A stretch of 64,000 nt of DNA from Scyliorhinus canicula (Eukaryota): NCBI RefSeq assembly GCF_902713615.1, contig NC_052147.1, positions 52,933,549-52,997,548 of the forward strand, in the 5' to 3' direction. Below the pieces are notes generated by a model, which had not been told where the DNA came from, did not search any database, and saw nothing but the letters and a program-made list of their open reading frames with translations. Positions within the stretch are counted from its first letter, which is position 1. The number at the start of each line of letters is the position of its first letter. A program made the position numbers and the translations under genes. This document shows positions 51,616 through 62,788 of this stretch, piece after piece.

Positions 51616-52432
51616 GAGGCCATGAGTTGAGTGGTGCTGGTTGCATTCAATCTGAGTATCATTGGCGTGGTATTGGTGAGTAGATGCCACTTATTTGGAC
51701 GGTTGACAATTTCTTCCATTACTCTACTGATGGCTGAGAGTAGGCTGACTAATAACTAATGATAAAATTTAACTGAGTTTTGCTGTCTACATTGATGTAA
51801 ATGATGTAAATTTGTTGGCAATGAAGTATTCTCCCAGGTTTCGATGTATGGCAGTGATAAACCTTATAACCACAATGACTTTTAGTAACTTTGCACATTC
51901 ATTAATTGACCAGTAGTTGATCATACAGAGACTAAAATATAAGTGTAACAAGTTCACATTCACCACATCCTCCAGCCTACACTCCACTGTTAAGTCATGC
52001 AGTTCTTATTTCCTATATTGGGTGGCTTACTCAAAGGCATTTTAGTTATGTGGCTATTCAAAAATATATATTTACATCACCCTTAAGGGGAAAATTGTAT
52101 GCGTAAAACTTATGGGTGTAAACTCAAATATATAAAGAAAAACTATTTGGAAAGTGGCTGGTAATCTTTTGGGGGCAAACCTTGCTTTAGCTGCTTACTG
52201 GGCTAGGTAACCTTAAGCTTGTGGTTCGCAGCCTGTGCTGTGACACTACAATACTTTTATTGAAGGAAGGAAAAGCAGTTTCACATTTTTGCAGGTTATC
52301 TTCTCTGCAGTGCAATTGCGAGCTTCTTTCACTTTCTGATTCAGCTGATCAATCTCCAAAGAGACATTGTGATTCTAGAATGTCAAGGAACTGTCTTGCA
52401 ATCTAGGAAATTCAATTTTAAAACATGCAGGG

Positions 52433-53645
52433 CATTGTGATATGTGCATGCGTTGAAATGTAAAGGTTTTTGACAGAGCAAGGGTTAATGTGGAACTGGG
52501 GAATAGCACCGCCCATGGTATGACGCACAGAGTCACATGGTAAGAAACTCTGAGGGAACAGTCTAGAAACAGAATTCTGCAAGAAGCCTACGTGCATGAA
52601 ACAGTTCCTTGAATGATGTTACCTTGGACCTGTGAATAGCTAAAGACTACCGATAAAGGGTTCATATTCAAACATGCAAGTCTCAAGATCTTCGCATTGA
52701 GACATCTGAAAAACCCATAATACAACATTCAATGGCAGCAGACTGCATCAGATTGCAACATGGTTGGCAGTGGCAGGATGTTCTCAAAGTTAACACAGAA
52801 CTTTTCAAGCTGCAAGTGGACAATGAAGCCAGGAGTAACTCAATTCCAGAACTGAAACAAGTTCAGACTTTGCCGATGATAGACCTGAAGTGGAAATAAA
52901 GGACCAGGAAAGTTCTACTGCGGCCACAGAAACAAAAGACAAAAATAAGATTGGAAAATGGAAATCCGACGCGAGGCACAAGGAGCCAGGAGGAGGAAAA
53001 GCACTCAGATATTGAAAACCATTGAGCCGAATGAAAAGGTTCATCAGCTTGCAAAGACTGAAATTGTAAAACATGAAGGTTCCCTTTGCAAAACATAAAC
53101 ATCCAGGAAACATGGCGGGCACAGTGAAAAAAGAGAATTCAAGTGCACTCTAGAAATTAATTGAGTGTATATTCCCCTTGGAATGAACAGGACAAACACA
53201 CAGTGTGCAAAAAAAGCAGACAAGTTGTTAATAAAGAGAAACGCAACTCGAAGGAGCGTAAGAAGCACATCAAATGGAGACAGCAAAGTACCAGGAACAC
53301 AAAATACTACGACCATTCCTCCAAACGTGACAGACCGAGATGTGGAAGAACTGTCAAGCCTCAAGACTATTTGAATTCATAAAGTCAGAGACTTGAGACA
53401 GGGAAGCAGGGATAACAATTAAAGATTGTATTGTAATACTCCGTGAGAAGGGAGGAAAGTTTTCTTTAGAGAAGAAAGGGGGATGTTGTGATATGTGGCT
53501 GCATGCATTGTAATGTCAAAGTGCTTGGCAGAGCAAGGGTTCACATAGGACTGTGGAATATCATTGCCCACACAGTAAGAGACTCTGAAGGAACAGTCTT
53601 GGATCAGAATTTTACAAGCAGCCTATCTGCATGGAACAGCTCCAT
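52433..53645 (+). mobile_element. Internally deleted Gypsy LTR retrotransposon
   Basis: 5' LTR 52433-52727 (ends CAACA), PBS-like TGGCAGCA, pol end RCGRTVKPQDYLNS*, PPT AGAGAAGAAAGGGGGA 53468-53483, partial 3' LTR from 53484 (TGTTGTGATATGT). Confidence 0.82.
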
Positions 53646-54541
53646 GTGGCAAGGTAACACAGTGGTTAGCACTGTTACTTCACACTGCCAGGGCCCCAGG
53701 TTCGATTCCCGGCTTGGGTCACTGCTGTGTGGAGTCCACGGGCGCGATTCTCCGCAAATGCGGCGAGTCGTAAAGGCTGCCGTGTAGCTGGCTGTGTTTC
53801 ACGGCAGCCTCCGTGCCCCCTCCCGGGACCCGATTCTCCCCCCTGGGCAGGGCTAGCAGCGGGGCCCCGTGAAGCACGGCATCGCGGACTTAGCGACCGT
53901 CGCTAAGTCCGCGCGCCAAGCGTCACGCCGGCTGACGCGCACGATGACGTCAGCCGCGCATGCGCGGACTGGACGGCTCCAACCCGTGCATGCACGGGGC
54001 CGTCATCTCCCTCGGCCGCCCCGCGGACTGATCCTGCGGGGCAGCGGAGGAAGAAAGAGTGCCATGCCCCCCTTGGCACGGCCGTGGTACTGCCGTGCCA
54101 ATCGGGGCCCTGGATGCCCAGAACGGGCATGTTGCGGCCATTTTTACGACGGCAGCAAGCAGGTGTGTTTGCTGCCGTAAAAATGGTCGTAAAGGCCTGG
54201 GCACTCGGCCCCTCGGCCTGGGGAGAATCGCTGTTCGGCGTAAAAAACGCGATTCGTGTCATGGGGCAGCTGTGGGGGGGGGGGGGGGGGAGAATAGCGG
54301 GAGGGCGTGAAAAATGTTGGGGACGCCCTCCCGCTATTCTCCGACCCGTCGTGGGCAGCGGAGAATCGCGCCCCACGTTCTCCCCGTGTCTGCGTGGGTT
54401 TCCTCCGGGTGCCCCAGTTTCCTCCCACAAGTCCCGAAAGACATGCTGTTAGGTAATTTGGACATTCTGAATTCTCCCTCCATGTATCCAAACAGGCGCT
54501 GGAATGTGGCGACTAGGGGATTATCACGGTAACATCATTGC
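53646..54541 (+). mobile_element. V-SINE (alternative tail) split by a MITE
   Basis: Head 53646-53739; the body resumes at 54374 (CACGTTCTCCCCGTGTCTGCGTGGG). Confidence 0.9.
53740..54373. mobile_element. Harbinger-type MITE with CAC TSD
   Basis: Perfect TIR GGGCGCGATTCTCCGC / GCGGAGAATCGCGCCC; TSD CAC at 53737-53739 and 54374-54376. Confidence 0.93.
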
Positions 54542-54543
54542 AT

Positions 54544-54742
54544 AGACTCACATTGAAAGTATCGTCTTGCATCATTGGCTTTGTCTGTATATGTGTTTGT
54601 GGAACCCACCTCTTCATTCACCTGATGAAGGAGCTGCACTCCGTAAGCTAGTAATTCGAAACAAACCTATTGGACTTTAACCTGGTGTTGTAAGGCTTCT
54701 TACTGTGCCCACCCCAGTCCAACGCCGGCATCTCCACATCAT
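54544..54742 (+). mobile_element. Penelope terminal repeat (solo)
   Basis: Closely matches 47594-47784. Confidence 0.9.
54616..54656 (+). ncRNA. Minimal hammerhead motif, A13>U mutated
   Basis: ATTCAC-CTGATGA-A-GGAG ctgca CTCC-GtAA-GC-TA-GTAATT. Confidence 0.68.
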
Positions 54743-55244
54743 TCCATCATAAGGTCAGATATGGGGATGTTAGAACCGTGGCACAATTTTAATAGGATAA
54801 GACAGACCCTTGCAGGATTGGCTTCGGCACTATTAAAAAGGGCTCTCTGCAACTGTTTGCACTCAGACCATAGCAATCTGTGACTCAGCAAGCTTAGTGG
54901 ACTTCCTAGGTATTTGTAACTTGGAGATTGCATGCCTCTGTGGGGGAATTTGTCACCTTTACACTGATTAGGCTGTCATCATTTACCATGTTTGCTATTT
55001 TTGCTTTATTGTTTTGAATAGAGGAAGAGGAAAAGCTCCAACAATCAGTGAAAAGGCTGGGCCTATTGGAAGACAGCAGATGGAGGGTTGTGGGAGGAGA
55101 GATGTCGGGGTGGATTCTGCTCATACTAAAACAAATGAGGCTTTGATGTCTCATAAAAGCCATGCAGGATTGGGAGCACACACCCTTCTAATAGGATCCC
55201 ATCTCTAGGCCAGTGTGCTGTGCTTGACCATCAATAAATTGCCT

Positions 55245-55395
55245 TTGCAGCGCATTCACTTGTTATGGAGGCAAACGCATTAACCCATTTGTATACATAC
55301 AGCAAGGACCCACAAGCTGCAACTGCGGTGAAGAGGCAGTGAGTGTTTATTTTGGTTGCACAGATGGAGGGAAGAATGTTAACTAGGACACAAAA
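55245..55395 (-). mobile_element. DeuSINE (SacSINE1-like) fragment
   Basis: Decayed CACTTGTTATGGAGGCAAACGCA...CAGCAAGGACCCACA...GAGGGAAGAATGTT. Confidence 0.55.
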
Positions 55396-55574
55396 ATAAT
55401 TGTTTATCTGTTTACCAACTGGTGGTATTGACGGCGGGATACTCCACCGCCTGCCGCCTGTAGCTGAGTTCCCAATGTGGCGGAGAATCCAGCATCATTA
55501 CAAAACGGGATCAGTGTCCGTTTCAATGCACCGGGACCCCACTGGTGGTGATATCGAGATTCATGCACTAACTG

Positions 55575-55758
55575 GGGCTGGTTTAGCACACTGGGCTAAA
55601 TCGCTGGCTTTGAAAGCAGACCAAGGCAGGCCAGCAGCGCGGTTCAATTCCCGTACCAGCCTCCCCGAACAGGCGCCGGAAGGTGGCGACTAGGGGCTTT
55701 TCACAGTAACTTCATTGAAGCCTACTCGTGACAATAAGCGATTTTCATTTCATTTTTC
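55575..55758 (+). mobile_element. Short tRNA-derived SINE (same family as 33305)
   Basis: A and B boxes, shared tail, (CATTT)n end; TSD AACTG. Confidence 0.9.
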
Positions 55759-55998
55759 AACTGCTTTTGATGTGGTTCAAGAGCTGTCAAGCAGATGGAT
55801 GTTTATAAACATTGCGGTTACTTTCACAGCAGGGTACTTGAGGCATACATGTACAGAGTGCCTTTCATGACCACAGGACCTCCCATAATGCTTCAAACAG
55901 CCAATGAAGTATATTTGAGGTGCAGCCACTGTTGTAGGAAATGCAGCAACCAATTTGCGCGCAGCAAACTCCCACATCAGCAATGTGATAACGACCAG

Positions 55999-56682
55999 GG
56001 GCTGGATTCTCCATTCTGGAGACAAGTCCCCACGCCGGCATGAAAATGGTGACGTTTCACAACGGGAAAATCGTTGTGAAACAGCCACCGAATCACTGTT
56101 CCGGGGCGGGGGGGGCGGGGGGGGGGCTAGCAGCCAGGCAGCGCAGAGCTCCCAACTCTAGCTGCCGATACGGCCTGGAGAAAGGCCGGGTTCATGGGCG
56201 CGCATATGCACGGTGGCAACCTGCAGCGACCGCGCCATACTTCATGCCGGAAGCTGCTCGTGGATCCAGCCCGCGAAATAGTCCTCCGCTTCGGCCGGCT
56301 CACGCGCCCCACGGGCTGCCCCACCGCAGTGCCCCCAGACCCGAATATGTCCACCCCTACCTGCGGATCAGCCTTTCCCCGACTGTGGCGGCACTGGACT
56401 GATGCCGCAGCTGTTACGCCGAGTTCCCGATGGGTAAGACCACATGTGGCCCACGTCGTCGGGAACTCGGCCGGGTGGGGGGGAGCGGAGCATCGGTGGG
56501 CGGGCCTCAGGCAAAGGCCTGAGGTCGTGGATACGATGCATGGTGTACTCTGCGAGTACGCCCCTTTGGAGGGGGCGGAGCATTGTGGAAGCGGCTCCAC
56601 CCCTGATTCTGTCGGGAATTTCGATTCTCCGGCCCGTCGCCGCACTCGATTTCGGCATCAGCGACCCCGGAGAATCCATCCC
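55999..56682. mobile_element. Harbinger-type MITE with CAG TSD
   Basis: CAG|GGGCTGGATTCTCC ... GGAGAATCCATCCC|CAG; reverse-orientation relative of 50841-51474. Confidence 0.9.
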
Positions 56683-56779
56683 CAGGTAAGCTGTTTTTGT
56701 GATGTTGATTGAGGGATGAATAATGGTCAGGACACCAATAACCCCCCTGCTCTTCTTTGAAACACTCAGCAGTATTCCC

Positions 56780-56915
56780 TGGTATTCCCTGGTCTTGTCC
56801 GTGATGGGACCCGTTGCGAGCGAGAATGGAAGATTTGGCATTCCCACCAAAACTCCATTCACTTTCAGTGGCACCGGAAAATCCCATCCGCGAATGAGGA
56901 CGGAAGATTTCAGCC
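56780..56915. mobile_element. Small (~140 bp) Harbinger-type MITE, decayed
   Basis: Colinear with 61800-61915 (ATTTGGCA..CCATTCACT..AGTGG.ACCGGA..GGACGGA). Confidence 0.65.
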
Positions 56916-57027
56916 AGTGTGTGACATCTTTTGTGTCCACCTGGGAGGGGAGACAGGCCTCGCTTTGACATCCTTTCTGAAACATGTCAGCCCTAATTTA
57001 TGAGGTGAAAATCCTGGGTGAAGACAG

Positions 57028-57420
57028 AAAGACTTGCATTTATATAGTTCCTCATATTAGCTCAGGATGTCTTAAAGTGCTTTACAACCAAAACACTGCT
57101 TTTGAAACATAGTCACTGGTGTAGTGTCGTAAACAAAGCAACCAACCAACACACAAATTCCCATTAAAAAAAACAAGGACCATAACATGTCTTTGTGTGA
57201 TATTGGGGGTTAGGATATCAGGGCGAACTTACCTACCCTTCTTCAAGATAATCCAATGGGATCTTTTAGCTGAAATAAAGATGGTGCCTTGACTCAATGC
57301 CTCATCCAAAAGACTGCACATCCTCTGACACTGCAGCACCCCCTCCATCCTACATTGAAGTGTCAGTCTAAATAATGTGTTCAAGTATCTGCTTCAACCC
57401 ACAACCTCCTGACTCAGCAA
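57028..57420 (-). mobile_element. DeuSINE (SacSINE1-like)
   Basis: AAAGACTTGCATTTATATAG tail, ATGGGATCTTTT, CTGACACTGCAGCAC, antisense tRNA head AACCCACAACCTCCTGACTCAG. Confidence 0.8.
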
Positions 57421-57549
57421 CCACAACCACAATTGACTCGTGCATGCACAGGTGCAGCCCTGTACAGTGCTGTCCCTCTGCTTCAGGCAAAAGCCCCAAC
57501 TGGTACTTGGCTTCCAAATCGTCAGTATTCAATAATATACATCCATTCT

Positions 57550-57812
57550 TAGAATCATAGAACCCCCACAGTACAGAAGGAGGTCAATCGGCCCAACGAG
57601 TCTGCACCGAACCTCTGAAAGAGCACCCTACCTAGGGCCATGCCCCCACCCTATCCCAGTAACCCCACCTAATGTTTTGGACACTTAAGGGGCAATTCAG
57701 CATTGGCCAATTCACCTAACCTGCACATCTTTGGACTGGGAGGAAACCAGAGCACCGAGAGGAAACCCGCGCAGACACGGGAAGGTACAAACTCCACACA
57801 GACAGTCACCCT
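57550..57812 (-). mobile_element. HE1-type V-SINE, 5'-truncated
   Basis: V-domain and CR1-like tail. Confidence 0.88.
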
Positions 57813-57895
57813 CCATGGCTCTTCAGCTAAGCTCCTGCCCTATGTTTGGAGGGCAACCAGCATGCATCCTTGAAATCAAGAAGCGGCGCACACAT

Positions 57896-58168
57896 TGATG
57901 CACTATCAATTGACCACAGAAGCAAAGTTGTAGTCCAAACTGAAGGCTTTAATAGACAAGATGTTTCCCCAGCAGCGCAGGTACAGAAAGGAAGCTGTGG
58001 GGAACACACGGGCTCTTATACCCCGCCTTACAGGGTGGAGCTACCTTACAGCTCTAGCCAATGGGTGACTAGTGTTACATACCATTGGGCCAATGAGCAG
58101 CAAGCCTTCTCCACCAATGGTGTCTCGGCATTGCTAGTTACCATAATACCTCTAGTCATACTACCACA
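57896..58168 (-). mobile_element. Solo LTR with 5-bp TSD
   Basis: TG...CA termini; TSD CACAT at 57891-57895 and 58169-58173; antisense TATAAG and ATTAAA. Confidence 0.9.
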
Positions 58169-58589
58169 CACATACACATACATACAGACCCCCGCATGCT
58201 ATCAGTATTTGTTTAAAGGTAGAAAGGTTTAGACTAAGCATCCAAGATATAAAGAGTAGGGAGCAATCTCTGAATGTGGAAGAACAATGAACCTCATTTT
58301 ATCATCCTGAAATTATATACGGCAATTTTACATGTAACATATATATAGATTGGATGGAGTCACCTTCACTGAGATTCCATAGTCCCAGTCTCATTCAACC
58401 TTCTTTACTAAGGCTGGATGAGACTGGAGCAACGAAGTGCGTCCCCCGGCGGCATTGGGAAGTTATAACTGAGGCGCAGGGAAGAAAGGAACATCCCTTT
58501 TTCATGGCACTATCTGCTGTATAGATGTTTAAAGGGACAATTTAAAGGGAGAAGGTAAGTTTGAAAGGAAAATGGTTCAGGCAATTGGG

Positions 58590-59460
58590 GGAAAACCATG
58601 AGGGAGAGGGCAGGGGGTGGAGGCGAGAGGCCAGGAAGGGGAAGGGTTGAGAGACTGGGAGGGGGGGGACAGAGGGAGGGAAAGGGTGGCAGGAAGTGTT
58701 GGGGAGACCAGGAGGCAGAGTGGGAGGTAAGCCAGGAGGAAGGGGGCTGCAAAAGTGGGAAATCAGGAGGGTCGGACCAGGAGGGGTGTTTGGTCAGACG
58801 GGCGGGGGAGGGTTCATGTCGGGTCGGTTCGGACCAGGAGGTCATGGGTCGAGTTGGGTCTGATCAGGAGGTAGGTTGGGTTGGGAGTGAAGGGGTGGGG
58901 GGTTCAGGTCAGACAGGAGGTGTGCTCGGGTTGGACTGGGAAGAAGGGGTGATGGTTGGGTCGGGAGGGCGGGCCAGGCCGGGGGGGGGGGGGGGTCGGG
59001 TTGGGCTGTGGGTGTGGGAGGGGGGTGGGGCAGTCAGCCCAGGTGGGCCTGGGAGTGGGGAGGGTTTGGGTCAGGGCAGGGATGGGGGGGGATGTCTGGT
59101 TGGGTCAGGCTGGGAGGGGGTGGTTCAGTGTTCGGGTTGGGTCGAGATGGGAGAAAAGTGGTCAGGTCAGGTCGGGTTGGGTAGGACGGGGCTGTGGGGT
59201 GGCGATCCAGTGATCCGGTCGGGAAGGGAGGGGTGTGGGGAGGTTGGGACGGGGGGGGGGGGGGGGGAGTTGGTGCAGGCTGGAAGGGTGAGGGTCATGG
59301 GTAAGGGGGTGTTCGTTTGGGGGGAGGGGGAGGGGGAGGGTCGGACCGGGAGCTGGGGGGGAAGGGTTGGCTTGGGAGTTTGGATTGTTGGTGGGTGTCA
59401 GTTCGAGGGAGTGAGGTGTTTTGGATCTGCTGGGGGGGAGGGGCGGGGGGGGGGGGGGTC
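58590..59460 (+). repeat. G-rich low-complexity tract (GGGTCGG/GGGAGG-like)
   Basis: Extreme G skew with dozens of GGG runs. Confidence 0.9.
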
Positions 59461-59769
59461 ATGTGTGTGTGCAGGGTGTCCCGTGGGTCTGGCTGTTTGA
59501 ATAGTTACTCTGGAGTTAAAAGTAATTATTTTCCCTCTAACTCTTTCACAGTAACTATGAGGGTGAAACTGGCTGAACCGTCCGAAGTTAGTGATTTAAA
59601 TCGCTTCTGTCAGATGGTTCCCAGCCCAGCACAATTTTCCAGGGGATGCTCGCACGTCTGGACAATTGTCGGATAAATCCTTACATGGGCACATCCCAGA
59701 GGGATTCCCCAGCACATCATTGGGGTACCCCCCCAAATGCGACTCTGGATAACCAGGAAATTATGGGCC

Positions 59770-59978
59770 TGTGGTAAACCACTGTTAGGTGATGTAACCT
59801 GTACTACAGGTTCGCCGGTAGCCCCTGCCTGCTGGCTCCGCCCAGTAGGAGGAGTATAAATATGCGTGTCATCTATTCAGCAGTCATTTTGCCAGCTGCT
59901 GAGGGAGGCCACACATCTTACTGCAATAAAGCCACAGTTGTATCCAACCTTAGTCTATGTACAATTGATCGTGCATCA
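59770..59978 (+). mobile_element. Solo LTR with 5-bp TSD
   Basis: TGTGGTA...GTGCATCA; TSD GGGCC at 59765-59769 and 59979-59983; TATAAATA and AATAAA inside. Confidence 0.92.
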
Positions 59979-60517
59979 GGGCCTAAGTTAAGTACAGTGC
60001 TGATCTTTCCCTGACATTTTATGCCACTTTCTGAGACCAAAATCAGGAAGCATTTCAAATTCTCAAGGCTAGAAATGTCCGTGTTATGGAGACCGTGTGC
60101 TGCTTCTCTAGTAACCAGTGCAGCCAGCTACGTCCTGCACCTACCACACAGTGTTACTGGAGGAGAAATGAGAATGCTTGGACATGCCCCGCATGCGCTG
60201 GACAATCTTTAATCAACGCTAAACGTATATCAAACATCAGCCCAACTGGCTGACGTTATGTCAGGATTTCAAACACGGTTCACACTGATTCAACTCACAA
60301 AAGATCAGTGTGCAGCTGCAAGATGGGATCTGAACTGTGTTAATTAAAGGGCCACCCCACACGAGTTGCACGGAGGTGTTTTTTGAGTAAACGTTGCCTA
60401 GGCACACTTAATGGACGTGCCTTACTGCTTTTTGGAGCCACTTATTATCAATTTCTGAATACAGCCCAGGAAGACAGAGGACTCCCTGACCCAGGGTATA
60501 AGGACAGTTATTCTTCC

Positions 60518-60740
60518 CTTTTTATAAAGTTAGAGAACCCAATTCATTATTTTCCCAATTAAGGGACAATTTAGCATGGCCAATCCACGTAGCCGGCACA
60601 TCTTTGGGTTGTGGGGGTGAGACCCATGCAGGCACGGGGAGAATGTGCAAACTCAACACGGACAGTGATCCAGGGCCGGGATTGAATTTGGGTCCTCGGC
60701 GGCATGAGGCAACAGTTCTAACCACTGCGCCACCTGCCAC
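60518..60740 (-). mobile_element. V-SINE short variant
   Basis: Same structure as 50352-50583. Confidence 0.9.
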
Positions 60741-61777
60741 CTCCTGGTATGAGGACAGTTTTTGAGGCAGCGCCTCCTGTTCTGCAACACGACCAAGTAA
60801 TGGAATGGGTGAGGCCAAGAGGCACGAGGGAGGGAGGGAGGGAGGGAAGGAGAGGGGAAGAGGTTCAGGAGGTTGTTTCTCAGGAGAAATTGTTAAGACT
60901 CTGCTTCCACCTCAACATGAGCCCACCATTCCCCACCATCATTTCACACTCCCAGCCAGAATGTACCTCAGGCAACAGACAACAATGAAAGCCACCAACA
61001 AAAATATTCACTAAATGTTTTTATCCATTAACAACTCAGTTATACAAACAGCAATGAACTGCTCACCTTCCTGCATTCCCTTAGTTTCTGTCTTACAGGT
61101 ATGAATGCTGAGTTCCAGGGAGTGCTGCTGGGTGAGGGATGTGGATGTATTGAGCAGAGCGAGAGATTGTTAATGTGGTGTGTAGGATATGTACTGTGAG
61201 GATGCTGTCACTCAGCTTGGCCACTCGTGTGAGATCATTGTATGTTTATCAACATAGCTGCCATGTCTTTGGTGCCAGCTGGGCATTGACTTCCCTTCCA
61301 ATGTTTCAAACTCCCTCCTCTGGCTCATCTCTGAGGACTTCCTGTCTACACAAGAAACAGAGTCTTCAAGATGGCATTTATAAACCTGTACCCCCTTGTG
61401 CGCTGTGCCATTCTGTTTCCTCCAATCGTCCCAGTTGATTGACCAATAGCCTTCACTTCAACAGTCAGTTTCCTTGCATAGAGGGTTCTATCCTTAAGAA
61501 GGGAAGGTTAGCTGGGCCCTGTGGTTTGGAAACAACATTGTCTGTACCAAATTAGGAGAGCAGAGGACGCAGGCAAGAGCAATGCTGAAGTCACTAGAGT
61601 CTGTGCGACATTCATTCAGGTGTAGTGCATTCAACAAAATGCCACTTTCACCTGAGCAGACGTGTTCAGGTCACCAGTCGCAATTTCTATACCTCAGTCT
61701 TACAAACAGGATATTTTGATGAGTTTCCTTTTAAAATGTAAGGACTCAATTCTGCCTCAGTGATTTGGAAACATCAT

Positions 61778-62564
61778 GGACGGGATTCTCCGTCGCAAGG
61801 CCACCCCGCACCCACTGCGGACGAGGACGGAGAATTTGGCACTCAGCCAAATCTCCCATTCACTGTAGTGGGACCGGAGATTCCTGCTGGTGTGAACGGA
61901 CGGAGAATCCCGCTGGCGTCAATGGACGGAGAATCCCGCTGGCATGAACGGATGGAGAATCCCGCTGGTGTGAACAGACGGAGAATCCCGCTGGCGTGAA
62001 TGGATGGAGAATCCCGCTGGTGTGAATGGATGGAGAATCCCGCTGGTGTGAACGGACGGAGAATCCCGCTGGCATGAACGGATGGAGAATCCCGCTGGTG
62101 TGAATGGACGGAGAATCCCGCTGGTGTCAATGGACGGAGAATCCCGCTGGCATGAACGGATGGAGAATCCCGCTGGCGTGAACGGATGGAGAATCCCGCT
62201 GGTGTGAACGGACGGAGAATCCCGCTGGCATGAACGGATGGAGAATCCCGCTGGTGTGAATGGACGGAGAATCCCGCTGGTGTCAATGGACGGAGAATCC
62301 CGCTGGCATGAACGGACGGAGAATCCCGCTGGTGTGAACGGATGGAGAACCCCGCTGGCATGAACGGATGGAGAATCCCGCTGGTGTGAACGGACGGAGA
62401 ATCCCGCTGGTGTGAACGGACAGAGAATCCCGCTGGTGTGAATGGACGGAGAATCCCGCTGGTGTGAACGGACGGAGAATCCCGCTAGCATTAACGGACG
62501 GAGAATCCTGCTGGCATGAACGGACGGAGAATCCCGCTGGCGTGAAGGACGGAGAATCCCGCCC
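61778..62564. mobile_element. Small Harbinger-type MITE carrying an internal minisatellite
   Basis: TIRs GGACGGGATTCTCCGTC / GACGGAGAATCCCGCCC (16/17 match). Confidence 0.85.
61898..62546. repeat. 26-bp minisatellite, 25 units (GGAYGGAGAATCCCGCTGGYRTSAAY)
   Basis: Units start at 61898 and 62522 (24 x 26 bp apart); a degenerate extra unit lies at 61871-61897. Confidence 0.97.
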
Positions 62565-62788
62565 AAGGACTGAGTGAACTAAACATCAGAAGATATCTCA
62601 AGGCTTTTTTTTGTAAAAAAGGAGCCTTCCACCTAACACAGATGCTAGGTTTGAGAGGACAATGGCTTCCCAAACACGATAGCAAATAAGTAATAGCCAT
62701 TGTGGTGGTGGGATGGGGAGGAGAGAGGAAAATCGCCCAAAACAGGCTGTAGTCAATTGACTTCACGAAAGAGAAAATCAGACATTGT

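Larger units (their letters stand above)
55860..57000 (-). mobile_element. DeuSINE (SacSINE1-like) split by two MITEs
   Basis: CAGCCAATGAAGTA..., CCAATTTGCGCGCAGCAAACTCCCAC, GATGTTGATTGAGGGAT, CCCCTGCTCTTC, TCCACCTG: Deu-domain blocks in order. Confidence 0.8.

Noticed and set aside
53869-56985. Many overlapping 100-200 aa ORFs
   Set aside because: They fall in GC-rich MITEs, occur on both strands and show no protein motifs.
58598-59500. 300-aa Gly-rich ORF
   Set aside because: Stop codons are absent because of extreme G skew; no domain or collagen-like periodicity.
61898-62546. CRISPR-like array
   Set aside because: The 10-bp intervals are near-identical variants rather than unique spacers, there are no cas genes, and the context is vertebrate. 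It is a minisatellite.
61843-62566. 172-215 aa ORFs
   Set aside because: Translations of the 26-bp repeat.
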